This document shows, one piece after another, positions 19,807 through 30,525 of a stretch of 64,000 bases of DNA. The notes beneath the pieces are model-generated. The model worked only from the letters and a program-made list of their open reading frames with translations, had not been told where the DNA came from and did not search any database. The translations under genes were made by a program, and so were the position numbers. This stretch comes from Alphaproteobacteria bacterium (GTDB lineage Bacteria; Pseudomonadota; Alphaproteobacteria; UBA6615). The stretch lies in NCBI GenBank assembly GCA_002722515.1, contig PBMH01000047.1:2671-66670 (forward strand). The letters run 5' to 3'. Position 1 is the stretch's first letter. Each line of letters opens with the position of its first letter.

Positions 19807-20113
19807 CGATCCAACAGTTTTAGGTGTTCAGAGCTCAACTGTTCCGTAGAATAAACAGACTGACGACGACATGCGCAGGATTCAAGCTTGCTGTTCCCTG
19901 ACCAACCAGACATTAGCTATGGCACGCACCGCAGCGCTTACCGATCTCGTCCGCAAAGTTATGCAAATCCATAAACTACGAGGGCGATAATGTCCTCAAG
20001 TAGTTCGCGCGGATGTTAGCGACGCGCGGGAAAATCGAGAAAATATTCGGGTTTCCTCTAAGTTGGGTCGGCTGGCCATTGCCCCCGACCCGCGCCGGTG
20101 CTTTGATCAGTCC

Positions 20114-20560
20114 ATGAGTTTAGTCGACAGATACTTGGCGCTTTTCCAGCGCGGGTTCTACCCCCGCACGCACACGCCTGCCTTCGCACTCGAAGCCATG
20201 CGCAACGCGACCATCGGCGGCTGGATCATGGTCGCGATACATTTCCTGACCGGCGCAGTTATCCTGATTCACCTGTCAGGCGATCCACGCGTAACCAGCG
20301 GCGATTGGCTCATTCCGGCAACCATCCAGCTCTTCTTCGCTCTGATATATGGTGGGTTAGCAACGGCCAACTGGAAGGGCTCGCGCGTAGCAGCAGTCAC
20401 GATCCTGATCTTCGTTCTGTTCGACATGTTCGTGGTTATGTCGCGCGTGGACGGATTCGACCTGCAGGCTATTATACAGTTCGTCCCTCTTTTGCTCGCC
20501 GTCGGCGGCGTACGTGGCGCGTTCGCCTATGCCCAATTCGTGAAGTCAGGAGAAGCCTAG
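20114..20560 (+). CDS. Hypothetical integral membrane protein (about 4 TM)
   Basis: There are four hydrophobic stretches. I chose the ATG at 20114; the ORF track starts at TTG 20063. I recognise no family. Confidence 0.45.
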   Translation: MSLVDRYLALFQRGFYPRTHTPAFALEAMRNATIGGWIMVAIHFLTGAVILIHLSGDPRVTSGDWLIPATIQLFFALIYGGLATANWKGSRVAAVTILIFVLFDMFVVMSRVDGFDLQAIIQFVPLLLAVGGVRGAFAYAQFVKSGEA

Positions 20561-20715
20561 CACCTAGTGGTGGTGAGGCTCAGGCTGTGCGCAATGCGAA
20601 AATTGCAGGCGCTGACCGCAACGATGTGCATCCCACGCCAGCCCCGAGTTTCTGGCCCGGCGCTATCGATTTACTAGCGCCCAACCCACTTCGCCTTGAG
20701 GTGCTCCGAAATCAG

Positions 20716-21105
20716 TTACTGCTCCGTCCAGAACATGCCGGTCGGCTTCACTTGGCTGCGGCGGGAAAGGCCCTGACCCCAATCCTCATAACGGCGACCG
20801 GCATATAGCCGGGCAATCGCAATCTTATTGCTTTGCCTTTCCAGTCGGCATTCACACACCCGAGTGCGTTTCTTCCGCGCCACGGACGGTACCCCGAACT
20901 TAATGCGTTGGCCGTAGATACTGGCGCGGCTCAAGCCGAGCAGTCGGGCAATCTCCAGATCGGTTCCCACGGCCCGCTGCCACTCCAGCATTTCATCATC
21001 AGATTGCGGCGGCCAACGCAGGTCAGGCAGATTGCAATGAAATTTCGACACGGAACATATCCCCTTGTTAAAACGCACTTCCGAAATAGAACAAAAGATG
21101 AACAC
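20716..21105 (-). CDS. Hypothetical helix-turn-helix protein (start uncertain)
   Basis: 'DDEMLEWQRAVGTDLEIARLLGLSRASIYGQRIKFGVP' looks like a W-x-D...IA..LG.S..a....R HTH module. It lies in a sparsely coding stretch that looks AT-rich by eye. Confidence 0.3.
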   Translation of the reverse strand: MFIFCSISEVRFNKGICSVSKFHCNLPDLRWPPQSDDEMLEWQRAVGTDLEIARLLGLSRASIYGQRIKFGVPSVARKKRTRVCECRLERQSNKIAIARLYAGRRYEDWGQGLSRRSQVKPTGMFWTEQ

Positions 21106-21885
21106 TTTAAGTATTCCAACAGCTGATGCACACAGAAATTTAGATCCCGGTGCTGGGGTACCCTCTATGATTCATCAATATCGTTTCTGCACTGACATGC
21201 TCCTACCAATCCATCGAACACCTAGCACTCGGAGATGCACACAACGACGCCGCCTAGATACTGTGCGGCCTCAACCCGGCCGTTGAGAAAATTGGTGGTG
21301 CGCCGCAAGCTCGCGGTTGTTACACCGTCCAATCAAATCCGAGTGGTTGCCTGTCCTTGCGGGTTACAGAAACATCCATAAAGTAGACGCTTGCGTGTCC
21401 GTCGAAAGACCACTCCCATGGGGACCAAATAAAATACGATTCACCCAACGGCGACGCCGTCCTTTAGGCCTTCAACAGTCTCGGGATAGACAGTGTGATA
21501 TCCTCGCACGTTTCGGAGTGGGGCCCAGTCCGGGAGGCAACGCCCCAGTAGAAACTCGCGAACGAGCCCAGCCCACAAGCCGAAACGGGCGCGATGTCAA
21601 TCTACGAGGACGCTATAACCTTGGCCACGCCTGTCGTATGCTGCCAACCTGAGTTAAAGCCCGCTGGCACAGCGTCACGAAGGATCGCAGCCATGCCGAA
21701 GAAAGCCCCCATGAACAATTCCTGCCCGCACGATTCTCCACTTAATCGTGGCGCGGCAGACATCCGGCTCGAAATCGACCAGGCAGTCCGGACCGATACC
21801 GCGTCCCCCTCTGCATCGCCAAAAGCAGTGCACACGGCAAACGTTCGCCGCAAGTCACGAATTTCTAGATTGGGGGATTGACGCG

Positions 21886-23511
21886 ATGGCGGACGAATTC
21901 GACTATATCATCGTCGGAACAGGATCCGCCGGGTCGATTCTCGCCAACCGGCTGTCCGCCGGCGACGCCACGGTCTGCGCGCTGGAAGCCGGCCCGCCCG
22001 ATCGCAACCCGTGGATTCATATCCCGGCAGGCTTTACCCGAACCCTCACCAACCCGAAAGTAAACTGGCTATTTGAATCTGAGCCAAGCGCCGGTACCGC
22101 CGGACGGCCGGTCTATGTACCCCGCGGCAAGACATTGGGTGGCTCCAGCTCCATCAACGGCCATATCTACAATCGCGGCCAGCGGATGGACTATGATAGC
22201 TGGGCCCAGGAGGGGAACCGCGGCTGGGGCTACGCTGACATCCTGCCCTACTTCAAGCGCAGCGAGCGCCGCATTGGCGGCGGTGATACCGAATTTCGCG
22301 GACGCGACGGCGAACTCCCGGTCACCGACATCGACGGCCCTGAACCTATCTGCGAAGCTTTCATCGCCAGCGCCGTGGGTATCGGTATCCCTCGCAACGA
22401 TGATTATAACGGCGCCACCCAGGCCGGTGTCGGCTACTTCCAGCGGGCCATCGAGAATGGACGCAGGGTAAGCGCAGCACGCGCCTTCTTGTACCCGATC
22501 AAAAACAGACCCAATCTCGACATTCGCACCGGAGCCCATACTCAGCGCGTCTTGTTCGCGGGTAAACGCGCCGTTGGCGTCTGCTACAGGAGCGGAGAGA
22601 AAGAAAAAGAAGTGCGCGCCCGGCGCGAGGTCATTCTGGCTAGTGGCTCTGTCGGATCGCCTCACCTCCTACAAGTCTCCGGCGTCGGCCCGGCGGCCCT
22701 GCTGAAGGATCTTGGCGTCGCGGTCGTTCACAACCTCCCCGGAGTCGGCGATAATCTGTCGGATCACTATCTGGCTCGCATGACGAGCCGGGTAAAGAAT
22801 GCGCGCACCATCAACGAACGCGCCCGCGGACTGTCTCTGATCAGGGAGGTCGCTGCATACGCACTCCGCCGCAAGGGGCTGCTCGCCATGTCGCCGAGTC
22901 AGGTCTTCGTTTTCTGGAAGTCCCACCCGGCTATGGAACAACCCGACATGCAGCTCATCTTCACCCCGGCGACCTACAAGGCGGGCATGATCGCCCAGCT
23001 GGAGGACGAGCCAGGTATGACGGCTGCGACCTTCGCGCTAAGACCACTCAGCCGCGGATACATCCGCGCGCAAACGGCAAACATCATAGATAAGCCAATC
23101 ATTCAGCCCAACTATCTGGATCATGAAACAGACCAGCAGGTTACAATCGCCGGGCTGCGACTCGACCGACAGCTTTTGACCGCCCCCGAGCTCGCTCAAT
23201 ATTATGACTACGAAATCATGCCGGGTTCCGACCTCCAGAGCGACGACGAACTCCTCGACTTCGCCCGCGGCTATGGCACCACCGTGTTTCATCTGGTTGG
23301 CACATGCCGCATGGGCGCCGCCGAGCGCAACAATGTGGTAAGCGACGAACTCAAGGTTCACGGAGTCGATGGACTTCGCGTCGTCGACGCCTCGGTCATG
23401 CCGACTATGCCCTCGGCTAACACCAACGCAGCCACCATGATGATCGCCGAAAAGGGTGCAGATCTAATTCTGGGCAAAACCCCGCCGCCCGCTGCAAACC
23501 CAGGCAGCTAA
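21886..23511 (+). CDS. GMC-family FAD oxidoreductase (choline dehydrogenase-like)
   Basis: 'FDYIIVGTGSAGS' Rossmann motif, 'GGSSSINGHIYNRG' and a C-terminal 'VVDASVMPTMPSANTNA' GMC signature. The ATG at 21886 follows the SD-like 'ggggga'. Confidence 0.85.
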   Translation: MADEFDYIIVGTGSAGSILANRLSAGDATVCALEAGPPDRNPWIHIPAGFTRTLTNPKVNWLFESEPSAGTAGRPVYVPRGKTLGGSSSINGHIYNRGQRMDYDSWAQEGNRGWGYADILPYFKRSERRIGGGDTEFRGRDGELPVTDIDGPEPICEAFIASAVGIGIPRNDDYNGATQAGVGYFQRAIENGRRVSAARAFLYPIKNRPNLDIRTGAHTQRVLFAGKRAVGVCYRSGEKEKEVRARREVILASGSVGSPHLLQVSGVGPAALLKDLGVAVVHNLPGVGDNLSDHYLARMTSRVKNARTINERARGLSLIREVAAYALRRKGLLAMSPSQVFVFWKSHPAMEQPDMQLIFTPATYKAGMIAQLEDEPGMTAATFALRPLSRGYIRAQTANIIDKPIIQPNYLDHETDQQVTIAGLRLDRQLLTAPELAQYYDYEIMPGSDLQSDDELLDFARGYGTTVFHLVGTCRMGAAERNNVVSDELKVHGVDGLRVVDASVMPTMPSANTNAATMMIAEKGADLILGKTPPPAANPGS

Positions 23512-23529
23512 GACCAGGGGGAGAATGCA

Positions 23530-25119
23530 ATGGCAAACTATGATGGCATCATCATCGGCGCGGGCCATAACGGCCTGACCACCGCCGCCTATCTGTCGCG
23601 TAGTGGCCAGAAAATCATGGTGCTGGAGGCCAACCCGGAAATCGGTGGTGGCACCGCAACGGAGGAGCCAACACTTCCGGGATACCGCGCCAACCTGCAC
23701 GCAAACTTCTTCATGGGCCTAAGCCAAGCACCCCTGATGCACGACCTAGAACTGCAGCGCTTCGGATTCTCCTATTTAGAACCTGAGGTCCAGCAAGCCG
23801 GTGTATTCCGCGACGGAAGCTGTGTAGTGATCCACAAGAATCTAGACAAAACCTGCGACTCACTCGCTCGCTTTTCCAAGCACGATGCCGATACATTCCG
23901 TGAGCTCCACCACCGATATGTGGTCGAGCTGAGGCCGCTGCTATTATCGCTTACTTACAATGCGCCTCTGTCTCCAGATCAGCTGCGGGACAGGCTCTCG
24001 GGTCCGAAGGCAAAGGAACTACTCAGCCACGCAAAGCATGACTTGTTCTCCGTCGTATCAGAGTATTTCAATGATGATCGTATCAAGACTCTTTTTACCT
24101 CTTACATGCATGTCATAACGACGGAAAACGAGCCCGGCAGCGGCATGGTCTTCCCTGGCATCTTCGCCAATGTGACGGGTTTTACCCTGCCCGTAGGCGG
24201 TGCCATAGCGTATCCGCTTGCCTGCGCGCGCATTGTGACCGCCGGCGGCGGCGCGGTGCGCACAAATGCCCGCGTTCGTGAGATTACGACCAGCGGCTCA
24301 CGCGCTACCGGCGTAGTACTCGACGACGGCACAACGATCACCGCCGATCGCTTTATCGCCAGTTCCATCGATACGCCAACGACAGTCGCCATGACGGGGC
24401 GCGATTTTTTTGATGATGACGTTATCGGCAAGCTCGATAATTGGCACTGGGGAAACCACAGCTTGGTCACCCTTCATCTCGCCCTAAAGCAGGCGCCAAT
24501 ATACAAGGCGCGCGACTTCGATCCGGATATAGATGCAGCCTTTAATGTCTTCTTCGGGATGGAGGATCTTGACGAGGTACGCAGCTGCTTCCGCGACTGC
24601 GAAAGAAACCGATTCCCCGACGTGCTAATGGGCAATGGAGCGTGCAATAGTGCCTTCGACCCATCCTATGCGCCGACCGATCGCCACTCGGCCTTCTGGT
24701 GGCCGTTTGCACCCTATGCTACGGATGGCGATCCGACTAACTGGGACGCGAAGCGCGAACACTATACCCGTCGGGTCCTCGACGTGTGGCGAGAATACGC
24801 CGTCAATCTCGGCGACGAGAATGTAGAGGCGCGCTACCTATACACGCCTCTCGATATCGCACGGCAGAACACGAATATGGTCCAGGGTGCGGTGCGCATG
24901 GGCGCCTATATACCCGATCAGCTGGGCGTCAACCGGCCTCACCCTTGCCTGTCGGGCACACGTACGCCTGTCGAGGGGCTGTATATATGCGGGTCGGGCG
25001 TGGGGAATGGCGGCGGCATGAACGGCGCACCGGGCTATATTGCTGCCAACGCCATCGTTGACGATCTCGGTCTGACGCGCGATTGGACCCCCGTCGCGCC
25101 GCCCGAATGGAGTGAGTGA
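23530..25119 (+). CDS. NAD(P)/FAD-dependent oxidoreductase, phytoene-desaturase (CrtI)-like family
   Basis: '[38 protein letters not shown]' is a dinucleotide-binding start typical of CrtI-like amine-oxidase-fold proteins. The protein is 529 aa. Confidence 0.7.
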
Positions 25120-25151
25120 TTCAGTTCTCTGCGCCAGAATATCAAGGAAAT

Positions 25152-25228
25152 TGGTCGGGAAGAGAGGATTCGAACCTCCGGCCCCTACGTCCCGAACGTA
25201 GTGCTCTACCAGGCTGAGCTACTTCCCG
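25152..25228 (-). tRNA. tRNA-Pro (anticodon CGG)
   Basis: The reverse complement folds as a 77-nt cloverleaf. Acceptor stem is CGGGAAG/CTTCCCG followed by A-CCA, and the D arm is GCTC..GAGC. The anticodon stem CTACG/CGTAG carries loop TTCGGGA, and the T arm is GGAGG-TTCGAAT-CCTCT. Confidence 0.9.
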
Positions 25229-25279
25229 ACGGCGGATTTCTTACAATGCCCGGCACGGCTTTGCAAACACGCAGAGCAC

Positions 25280-26902
25280 TCACCTGCCGCGCGCGTCTTC
25301 GAGGATAATGTCGGACGCCTTCTCCGCGATCATGATCGTCGGCGCGTTGGTGTTACCGCTGGTAACCGTCGGCATAATCGACGCATCCACCACGCGCAAA
25401 GCCCCTAACCCATGGACACGCAACCTAGGGTCAACCACAGCCTTTTCGTCTACTCCCATACGGCAAGTACTGGTTGGGTGGAAGCCGGTGTTACCGAAAT
25501 TGCGCAGATACTCGATCACATCCTCGTTGCTCACCACGTCTGCACCCGGCTCGATTTCTGCACCAACAAACGGCTCCAGCGCCGGCTGACGCATGATCTT
25601 TTGCACCGCGCGCACGCCACGCATAAGGGCTCGCGCGTCGTGCTCAGATTCTAGATAACGGCTCTTGATTAGCGGGGCTGCGCAAGGATCAGCCGATCCG
25701 ATCTCGACCGTGCCGCGGCTTTCCGGGCGCAGCATAATTACTGTCGCCGACAGGCCCGAGAATTCATGCAGGGTTGATCCATGCTTACCTGTTGCCCCTC
25801 CGTTTGAGTACAGCACGATGTGATGCTGTAGGTCTGGCGCAACAAGGCTGGGGTCGCTACGGAAAAACCCACCAGTCGGCACAGCGGCCATTGCCATCAT
25901 ACCCCGGCGAAACAAAGCGTAGCGCAGCAGAGTCCCAACTTGACGCACACGGCTCTGCATCACGTCGTTCAGGGTAACCGGCTGTTTGCAGCGATAAACC
26001 ATGCGGACCAGGAAGTGGTCCTGCATGTCCGTGCCCACACCGGGCATGTCAACCACCACGTCAATTCCGTGTTCACGCAGCAAAGCGGCCGGTCCTACGC
26101 CGGATAGCTGAAGAAGCTGGGGCGAGTTGAAAGCCCCCAGCGCAAGGATAACCTCGCGCCGCGGGCGTACGATACGAACTTTGTCCCTCACCGTGTATTC
26201 GATCCCGACAGCGCGACGTCCTTCGAACAGCACCCGGTTTGCCAATGCGCACGTTTCCACCGTCAGGTTGGCTCGCTTGCGCGCCGGGCGCAGATAGCCC
26301 CGTGCAGTCGACCAACGCCGCCCAGTCCGTTGGGTCACTTGGTAGCGCCCGAAACCTTCCTGTATTGCACCGTTGAAGTCTGGGTTGAGCGGATAGCCAG
26401 CCTCTACCGCGGCCCTCAGATGGGCCCGGCCCAGCGGATGAAAATCTCGCTGCTCGGACACCACCTGTGGGCCGCTATTGCCATGAAATTCGTTCTCACC
26501 ACGCGCATTGTCCTCGAGCTTTCGGAAATAGGGTAGCACGTCGTGATAGCTCCAGCCCGGGTTGCCGAGTTGGCGCCAGTGGTCAAAGTCCGCAGCATTA
26601 CCGCGAATATAGACCATACCGTTGATCGAGCTGGACCCGCCTAGAACCTTACCGCGGGGTTGGACGATCTGTCGCCCGTTACAGGTCGGGTCTGGCTCGG
26701 TCGAATAGCACCAGTTAACATTAGGGTCGTCGAAGACCTTGCCGTAGCCAAGCGGGATGTGAAGCCACGGATTGCGGTCGGGACCGCCCGCTTCGAGCAA
26801 CAGCACATTATGCACACCACTCTCGGTCAGGCGGTTAGCGAGCACACAGCCGGCGCTCCCCGCGCCGACGATCACATAATCAAAGAAGTCGTCTTCTGGC
26901 AT
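25280..26902 (-). CDS. GMC-family FAD oxidoreductase (choline dehydrogenase-like), paralogue of 21886..23511
   Basis: 'FDYVIVGAGSAGC', 'GGSSSINGMVYIRG' and 'VVDASIMPTVTSGNTNA'. I prefer the ATG at 26902 over the ORF-track start at 26995. Confidence 0.85.
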   Translation of the reverse strand: MPEDDFFDYVIVGAGSAGCVLANRLTESGVHNVLLLEAGGPDRNPWLHIPLGYGKVFDDPNVNWCYSTEPDPTCNGRQIVQPRGKVLGGSSSINGMVYIRGNAADFDHWRQLGNPGWSYHDVLPYFRKLEDNARGENEFHGNSGPQVVSEQRDFHPLGRAHLRAAVEAGYPLNPDFNGAIQEGFGRYQVTQRTGRRWSTARGYLRPARKRANLTVETCALANRVLFEGRRAVGIEYTVRDKVRIVRPRREVILALGAFNSPQLLQLSGVGPAALLREHGIDVVVDMPGVGTDMQDHFLVRMVYRCKQPVTLNDVMQSRVRQVGTLLRYALFRRGMMAMAAVPTGGFFRSDPSLVAPDLQHHIVLYSNGGATGKHGSTLHEFSGLSATVIMLRPESRGTVEIGSADPCAAPLIKSRYLESEHDARALMRGVRAVQKIMRQPALEPFVGAEIEPGADVVSNEDVIEYLRNFGNTGFHPTSTCRMGVDEKAVVDPRLRVHGLGALRVVDASIMPTVTSGNTNAPTIMIAEKASDIILEDARGR

Positions 26903-27265
26903 TACCGTATCAGATGATAACCAGTGCCGACCACTTGGGATCATGCACAACTTTCGCGGCGTTGGAGCGGAGCACGCAACCGCCGGCATCCGCACGACAT
27001 GCGAACAGTATAATCAGATCGCTACCACTCTTCCCCTTTTTGGATATCTGATCGCACACTGCGCACATAGCCCCTGGGTCCATTCTGGTTTTCTAGTGAA
27101 AATGCAAAGGTTCAGCCGTTCCTCAAAATCAGAAAACAACTGTTTCAGATCTTGGACAAGCGGAAAAATAAGTCCAGTGCGCGTATTTTTATACTACCTA
27201 ATTGTTTCATCGCCAGGCGAGCGCTAGCATCCAAAAAGGGTTTCCGTACTTCAGGATTCTGGAAC

Positions 27266-27781
27266 ATGAACATTGCTGAGCATATCCGAACAATCCCCGA
27301 TTTCCCAAAACCTGGGATTCTCTTCTATGATATCTCGACTCTGCTCGCATATCCCCCAGCCTGGCGGCATACGGTGGACCTGCTGGCGGGTGCCATCCGC
27401 AAACACGAGCCCGACGTTATCGCCGGCATCGAGAGTCGCGGCTTCCTAGTAGGCGCGCCGGTGGCCCTAGAGCTGGGCTGCAGCTTCATTATGCTGCGCA
27501 AGGAGGGTAAACTGCCGGGCGAGACAGCTTCCTACACATATGACTTAGAATACGGCTCAGACACCGTGGAGATGCAGGTCGATGCGATCGCCTCGGGTCA
27601 GAAAGTAGTGATCATCGACGATCTTCTGGCCACCGGCGGCACGGCCGGTGGCGCGCTGCATCTCCTGCGCCAGGCTGAAGCAGATGTGCGCGCTGCAGCC
27701 TTCATCATCGAGCTAAACGGCCTAGGCGGGCGCGAGCATCTCGACGCACCGGTCACCGCGCTTGTTGAGTTCGACGCCTAA
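27266..27781 (+). CDS. apt: Adenine phosphoribosyltransferase
   Basis: '[17 protein letters not shown]' and the PRPP loop '[13 protein letters not shown]'. The ATG at 27266 gives the usual length of about 171 aa. Confidence 0.9.
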   Translation: MNIAEHIRTIPDFPKPGILFYDISTLLAYPPAWRHTVDLLAGAIRKHEPDVIAGIESRGFLVGAPVALELGCSFIMLRKEGKLPGETASYTYDLEYGSDTVEMQVDAIASGQKVVIIDDLLATGGTAGGALHLLRQAEADVRAAAFIIELNGLGGREHLDAPVTALVEFDA

Positions 27782-27793
27782 CCGGCGCCTTCG

Positions 27794-28780
27794 TTAGATA
27801 AGAAAAGCGCCGCCCAACTCATCGTTGATGAAGCTCTTGATAATCTCCCCGACCGAGGCATCCGGCTCCATTCCCAATGCCCGCGCGCGCGCGCCATCCG
27901 CATACCAGGGCCAGGCATCTACGATCGATTGGACCATGGTATCAGGCTCGTCGCGTACCCGGTCGGCCACCGCATCCCCGGCGCAACCCCGCAGCGCATC
28001 CAGCATCTCACCGATAGAGGGTGAGATACCGTTCATCATCACCGCCCGGTTAGACCCCAGCATATCACTGTCGGCATTGTGTATATCGATGAACCCCTGC
28101 ACAGCCCGTCCAGGGGAAAGTATTAGCATGCGCGTGTCTCGGTTCACGGGATTCACAGCAGCATTGCCTTGTAGAGGCTCGCGCAGGATTGAACTGGCAA
28201 ATCCCGATGCAGCACTATTTGGTTTGCCCGGGCGAACCACGATGGTTGGAAGGCGGAGAGTACGCCCATCAACAAAGCCCTTACGGGTATAGTCGTTGAT
28301 CAGAAGTTCACCGATCGCCTTTTGCACACCGTACGAGGTCTTCGGGGTAAGCGCTGTTGTGTCGTCGACAGAACGTTCACCGCCATAGACCGCGAGCGAG
28401 CTAGTGAACACGATCCGCGGGCAACGGCCCGCCCGCCTGCTCGCCTCCAGCACGTTTCGCCCGCCTTGGAGATTAACCATATAGCCGAGATCAAAATTGG
28501 CTTCCGCTCCGCCGCTAACTATGGCAGCAAAATGAAACACCCCGTCTGTCTCGCTATCAATCAGCGCGTCTACGGCAGCACTATCGCAGATATCGCCAGT
28601 CACGACTTCGACCCTCGGATCATCGGGCAGCGGTTCGACTGGTTCGAACGCATCGAACAAAACCAGCTTGTCGATAGTTTCGAGATTACCGTCGGGGCCA
28701 ACCAGTTCAGCGCTCGACAACAGGCGCAGCGCCAAGCGTCGGCCTAGCATCCCCGCACCCCCAGTAATTACCACCTTCAT
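27794..28780 (-). CDS. NAD-dependent epimerase/dehydratase family protein (D-erythronate dehydrogenase-like SDR)
   Basis: 'MKVVITGGAGMLG' and the catalytic 'YGVQKAIGE'. I prefer the ATG at 28780. Confidence 0.7.
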   Translation of the reverse strand: MKVVITGGAGMLGRRLALRLLSSAELVGPDGNLETIDKLVLFDAFEPVEPLPDDPRVEVVTGDICDSAAVDALIDSETDGVFHFAAIVSGGAEANFDLGYMVNLQGGRNVLEASRRAGRCPRIVFTSSLAVYGGERSVDDTTALTPKTSYGVQKAIGELLINDYTRKGFVDGRTLRLPTIVVRPGKPNSAASGFASSILREPLQGNAAVNPVNRDTRMLILSPGRAVQGFIDIHNADSDMLGSNRAVMMNGISPSIGEMLDALRGCAGDAVADRVRDEPDTMVQSIVDAWPWYADGARARALGMEPDASVGEIIKSFINDELGGAFLI

Positions 28781-28799
28781 CGCCGCGCTGCCCGACCGC

Positions 28800-29990
28800 T
28801 TAAGAGAGCATTGGATCGAGACGATCCATCGCCGCCGACAACGTATTTGCCTCGGCCGCGAAACATAACCGCAGCCAGCCCTCTCCGTCCTCACCGAAGG
28901 CACGTCCCGGTGCAAGGCCAACGCCGGTTTCAGCAATCAATTTTCGGGCATATTCGACGCTGTCAGTCATTCCGTCGACCTTGAAGAAAGCATAGAAGGC
29001 CCCTTCTGGTTTCGACAAAGTGACTCGGCCCATCGATTCCAGGCGCTGGAACACAAGGTCTCGGTTACACCTGTAGCGTTCAACCATTTCCTTAACGAAG
29101 GACTCTCCCTCTCGGATGGCGACTACGCCAGCTCGTTGAACAAAGGTAGTCGGCGAAGCAATGTTGAACTCATTTAACTTGGACAAATCCGGGCCCAGAT
29201 CGGGCGGGTGAGTCAGCCAGCCCAGCCGCCAGCCCGTCATCGACCAGGTCTTCGAGAAGCTGTTGATGACGATCACTCGGTCGTCGGGTTCTGCAATATC
29301 GAGGAATGACGGTGCGCGCGGCCGATCGTAGATTAGCCTTATATAGACCTCGTCAGAGATCAGGTATATCCCTCTCTCCCGGGTGAATTCGAGAAGCTCT
29401 CTCTGCTGCTCCTGCTCCATGATCCAGCCGGTAGGGTTTCCAGGAGAATTGATGAACACCGCCCGGGTGCGTCCATCGCAACGACTGCGAATATCGTCTA
29501 GGTCGAGGTGCCACTGGCCGCTGAAATCTGCGCGCAGAGGCGCGGTGCGGGCCTCGCCACCCATAATAAAGACCGTACCTTTGCAGTTAGGCCAAACTGG
29601 CCCAACCACCACGACATTGTCGCCATTGTCGACCAGCACCTCGGAGGTGAGCATGATCGCCGCCATCCCAGACACCGATGCGGTGATTCGATCGACGCCA
29701 ATCTGGCGTCCGATCATATTTTCCGAATAGTCCGCGATCGCTTCGCGCAGCTCTGGAATACCGCGATTCTGAGCATAAAAGACATGGTCATCCGCAATCG
29801 CTTTGACGACCGCATCTTTGATATAGAGCGGCGTCGGCAAGTCAGGCTCGCCGAACCACAGCGGAATCAAGTCGTCACGACCAATATTTGTTTCCGCCAC
29901 CTTGCGGATAAGCGAGCCTTCGAGATTATCAACGGCTGGCCTCAGCCGCCGCCCACCATTCGCCATTTTCACCATCTGGTCCAATTCCAT
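28800..29990 (-). CDS. Class I/II PLP-dependent aminotransferase (start uncertain: 29990, 29975 or 29966)
   Basis: 'INSPGNPTG' and the PLP-lysine context 'NSFSKTWSMTGWRLGW'. Confidence 0.8.
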   Translation of the reverse strand: MELDQMVKMANGGRRLRPAVDNLEGSLIRKVAETNIGRDDLIPLWFGEPDLPTPLYIKDAVVKAIADDHVFYAQNRGIPELREAIADYSENMIGRQIGVDRITASVSGMAAIMLTSEVLVDNGDNVVVVGPVWPNCKGTVFIMGGEARTAPLRADFSGQWHLDLDDIRSRCDGRTRAVFINSPGNPTGWIMEQEQQRELLEFTRERGIYLISDEVYIRLIYDRPRAPSFLDIAEPDDRVIVINSFSKTWSMTGWRLGWLTHPPDLGPDLSKLNEFNIASPTTFVQRAGVVAIREGESFVKEMVERYRCNRDLVFQRLESMGRVTLSKPEGAFYAFFKVDGMTDSVEYARKLIAETGVGLAPGRAFGEDGEGWLRLCFAAEANTLSAAMDRLDPMLS

Positions 29991-30099
29991 CCTCCGATTA
30001 TGGCACCACCGTAACTCCGCGCACGGGAATTGCCCTACATGCTGCAATCGGGCATATCAGAGCATTTATACGATTTGCCTCCAACAGAGATTTCCTATC

Positions 30100-30525
30100 A
30101 TGCCTGACTTTGAAGCACGCAATCTGACCGAGGGACTGAACGGCTTCCTTGGCTTCCGACTGATTGACTGGCGCGATGGGATAGCGCAGATCTCCGTCAA
30201 CATCGCCGATAAACATCGCAACCGCCAAGGCGGCATACATGGAGGTGTCACCGCATCACTGATCGACGCTGCGACAGGCTTCTGCGGGGTCTATGAGCCA
30301 GACCCTGAGAAGCGCCGCGGTAACGTCACCGTGTCTCTTAACGTCAACTTTGTAGGCAGAGCCAAGGGCAGCACCCTGACTTGTAAAGCCAAGGTCATCC
30401 GCGCGGGACGGCGTCTTTATTTCGCGTCGGGTGAGGTACATGATGAACATAGCAACCTCATCGCATCCGCCGAGGCGGTCTACGCCTATGTAGACCGAGA
30501 CGCTCAACGGCGCGCAGTGTCTTAG
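30100..30525 (+). CDS. PaaI-family hotdog-fold thioesterase
   Basis: 'GGIHGGVTASLIDAATGF' is the PaaI/YbgC-like signature. I prefer the ATG at 30100 over the ORF-track start, which lies inside the antisense aminotransferase. Confidence 0.75.
   Translation: MPDFEARNLTEGLNGFLGFRLIDWRDGIAQISVNIADKHRNRQGGIHGGVTASLIDAATGFCGVYEPDPEKRRGNVTVSLNVNFVGRAKGSTLTCKAKVIRAGRRLYFASGEVHDEHSNLIASAEAVYAYVDRDAQRRAVS

Noticed and set aside
21602-21853. A minus-strand 83-aa ORF with a faint cupin_3-like C-terminus ('AVPAGFNSGWQHTTGVAKVI').
   Set aside because: The resemblance covers only a few residues. The ORF overlaps other equally weak frames and would leave just 32 nt to the divergent GMC gene.
20561-25228. 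Possible genomic island integrated at tRNA-Pro. The tRNA 3' end faces the GMC, CrtI-like and sparse region.
   Set aside because: I found no integrase or recombinase ORF. I also found no direct repeat of the tRNA 3' end (tggtcgggaagagagg...) at the far side, and the enclosed genes look like ordinary metabolism.
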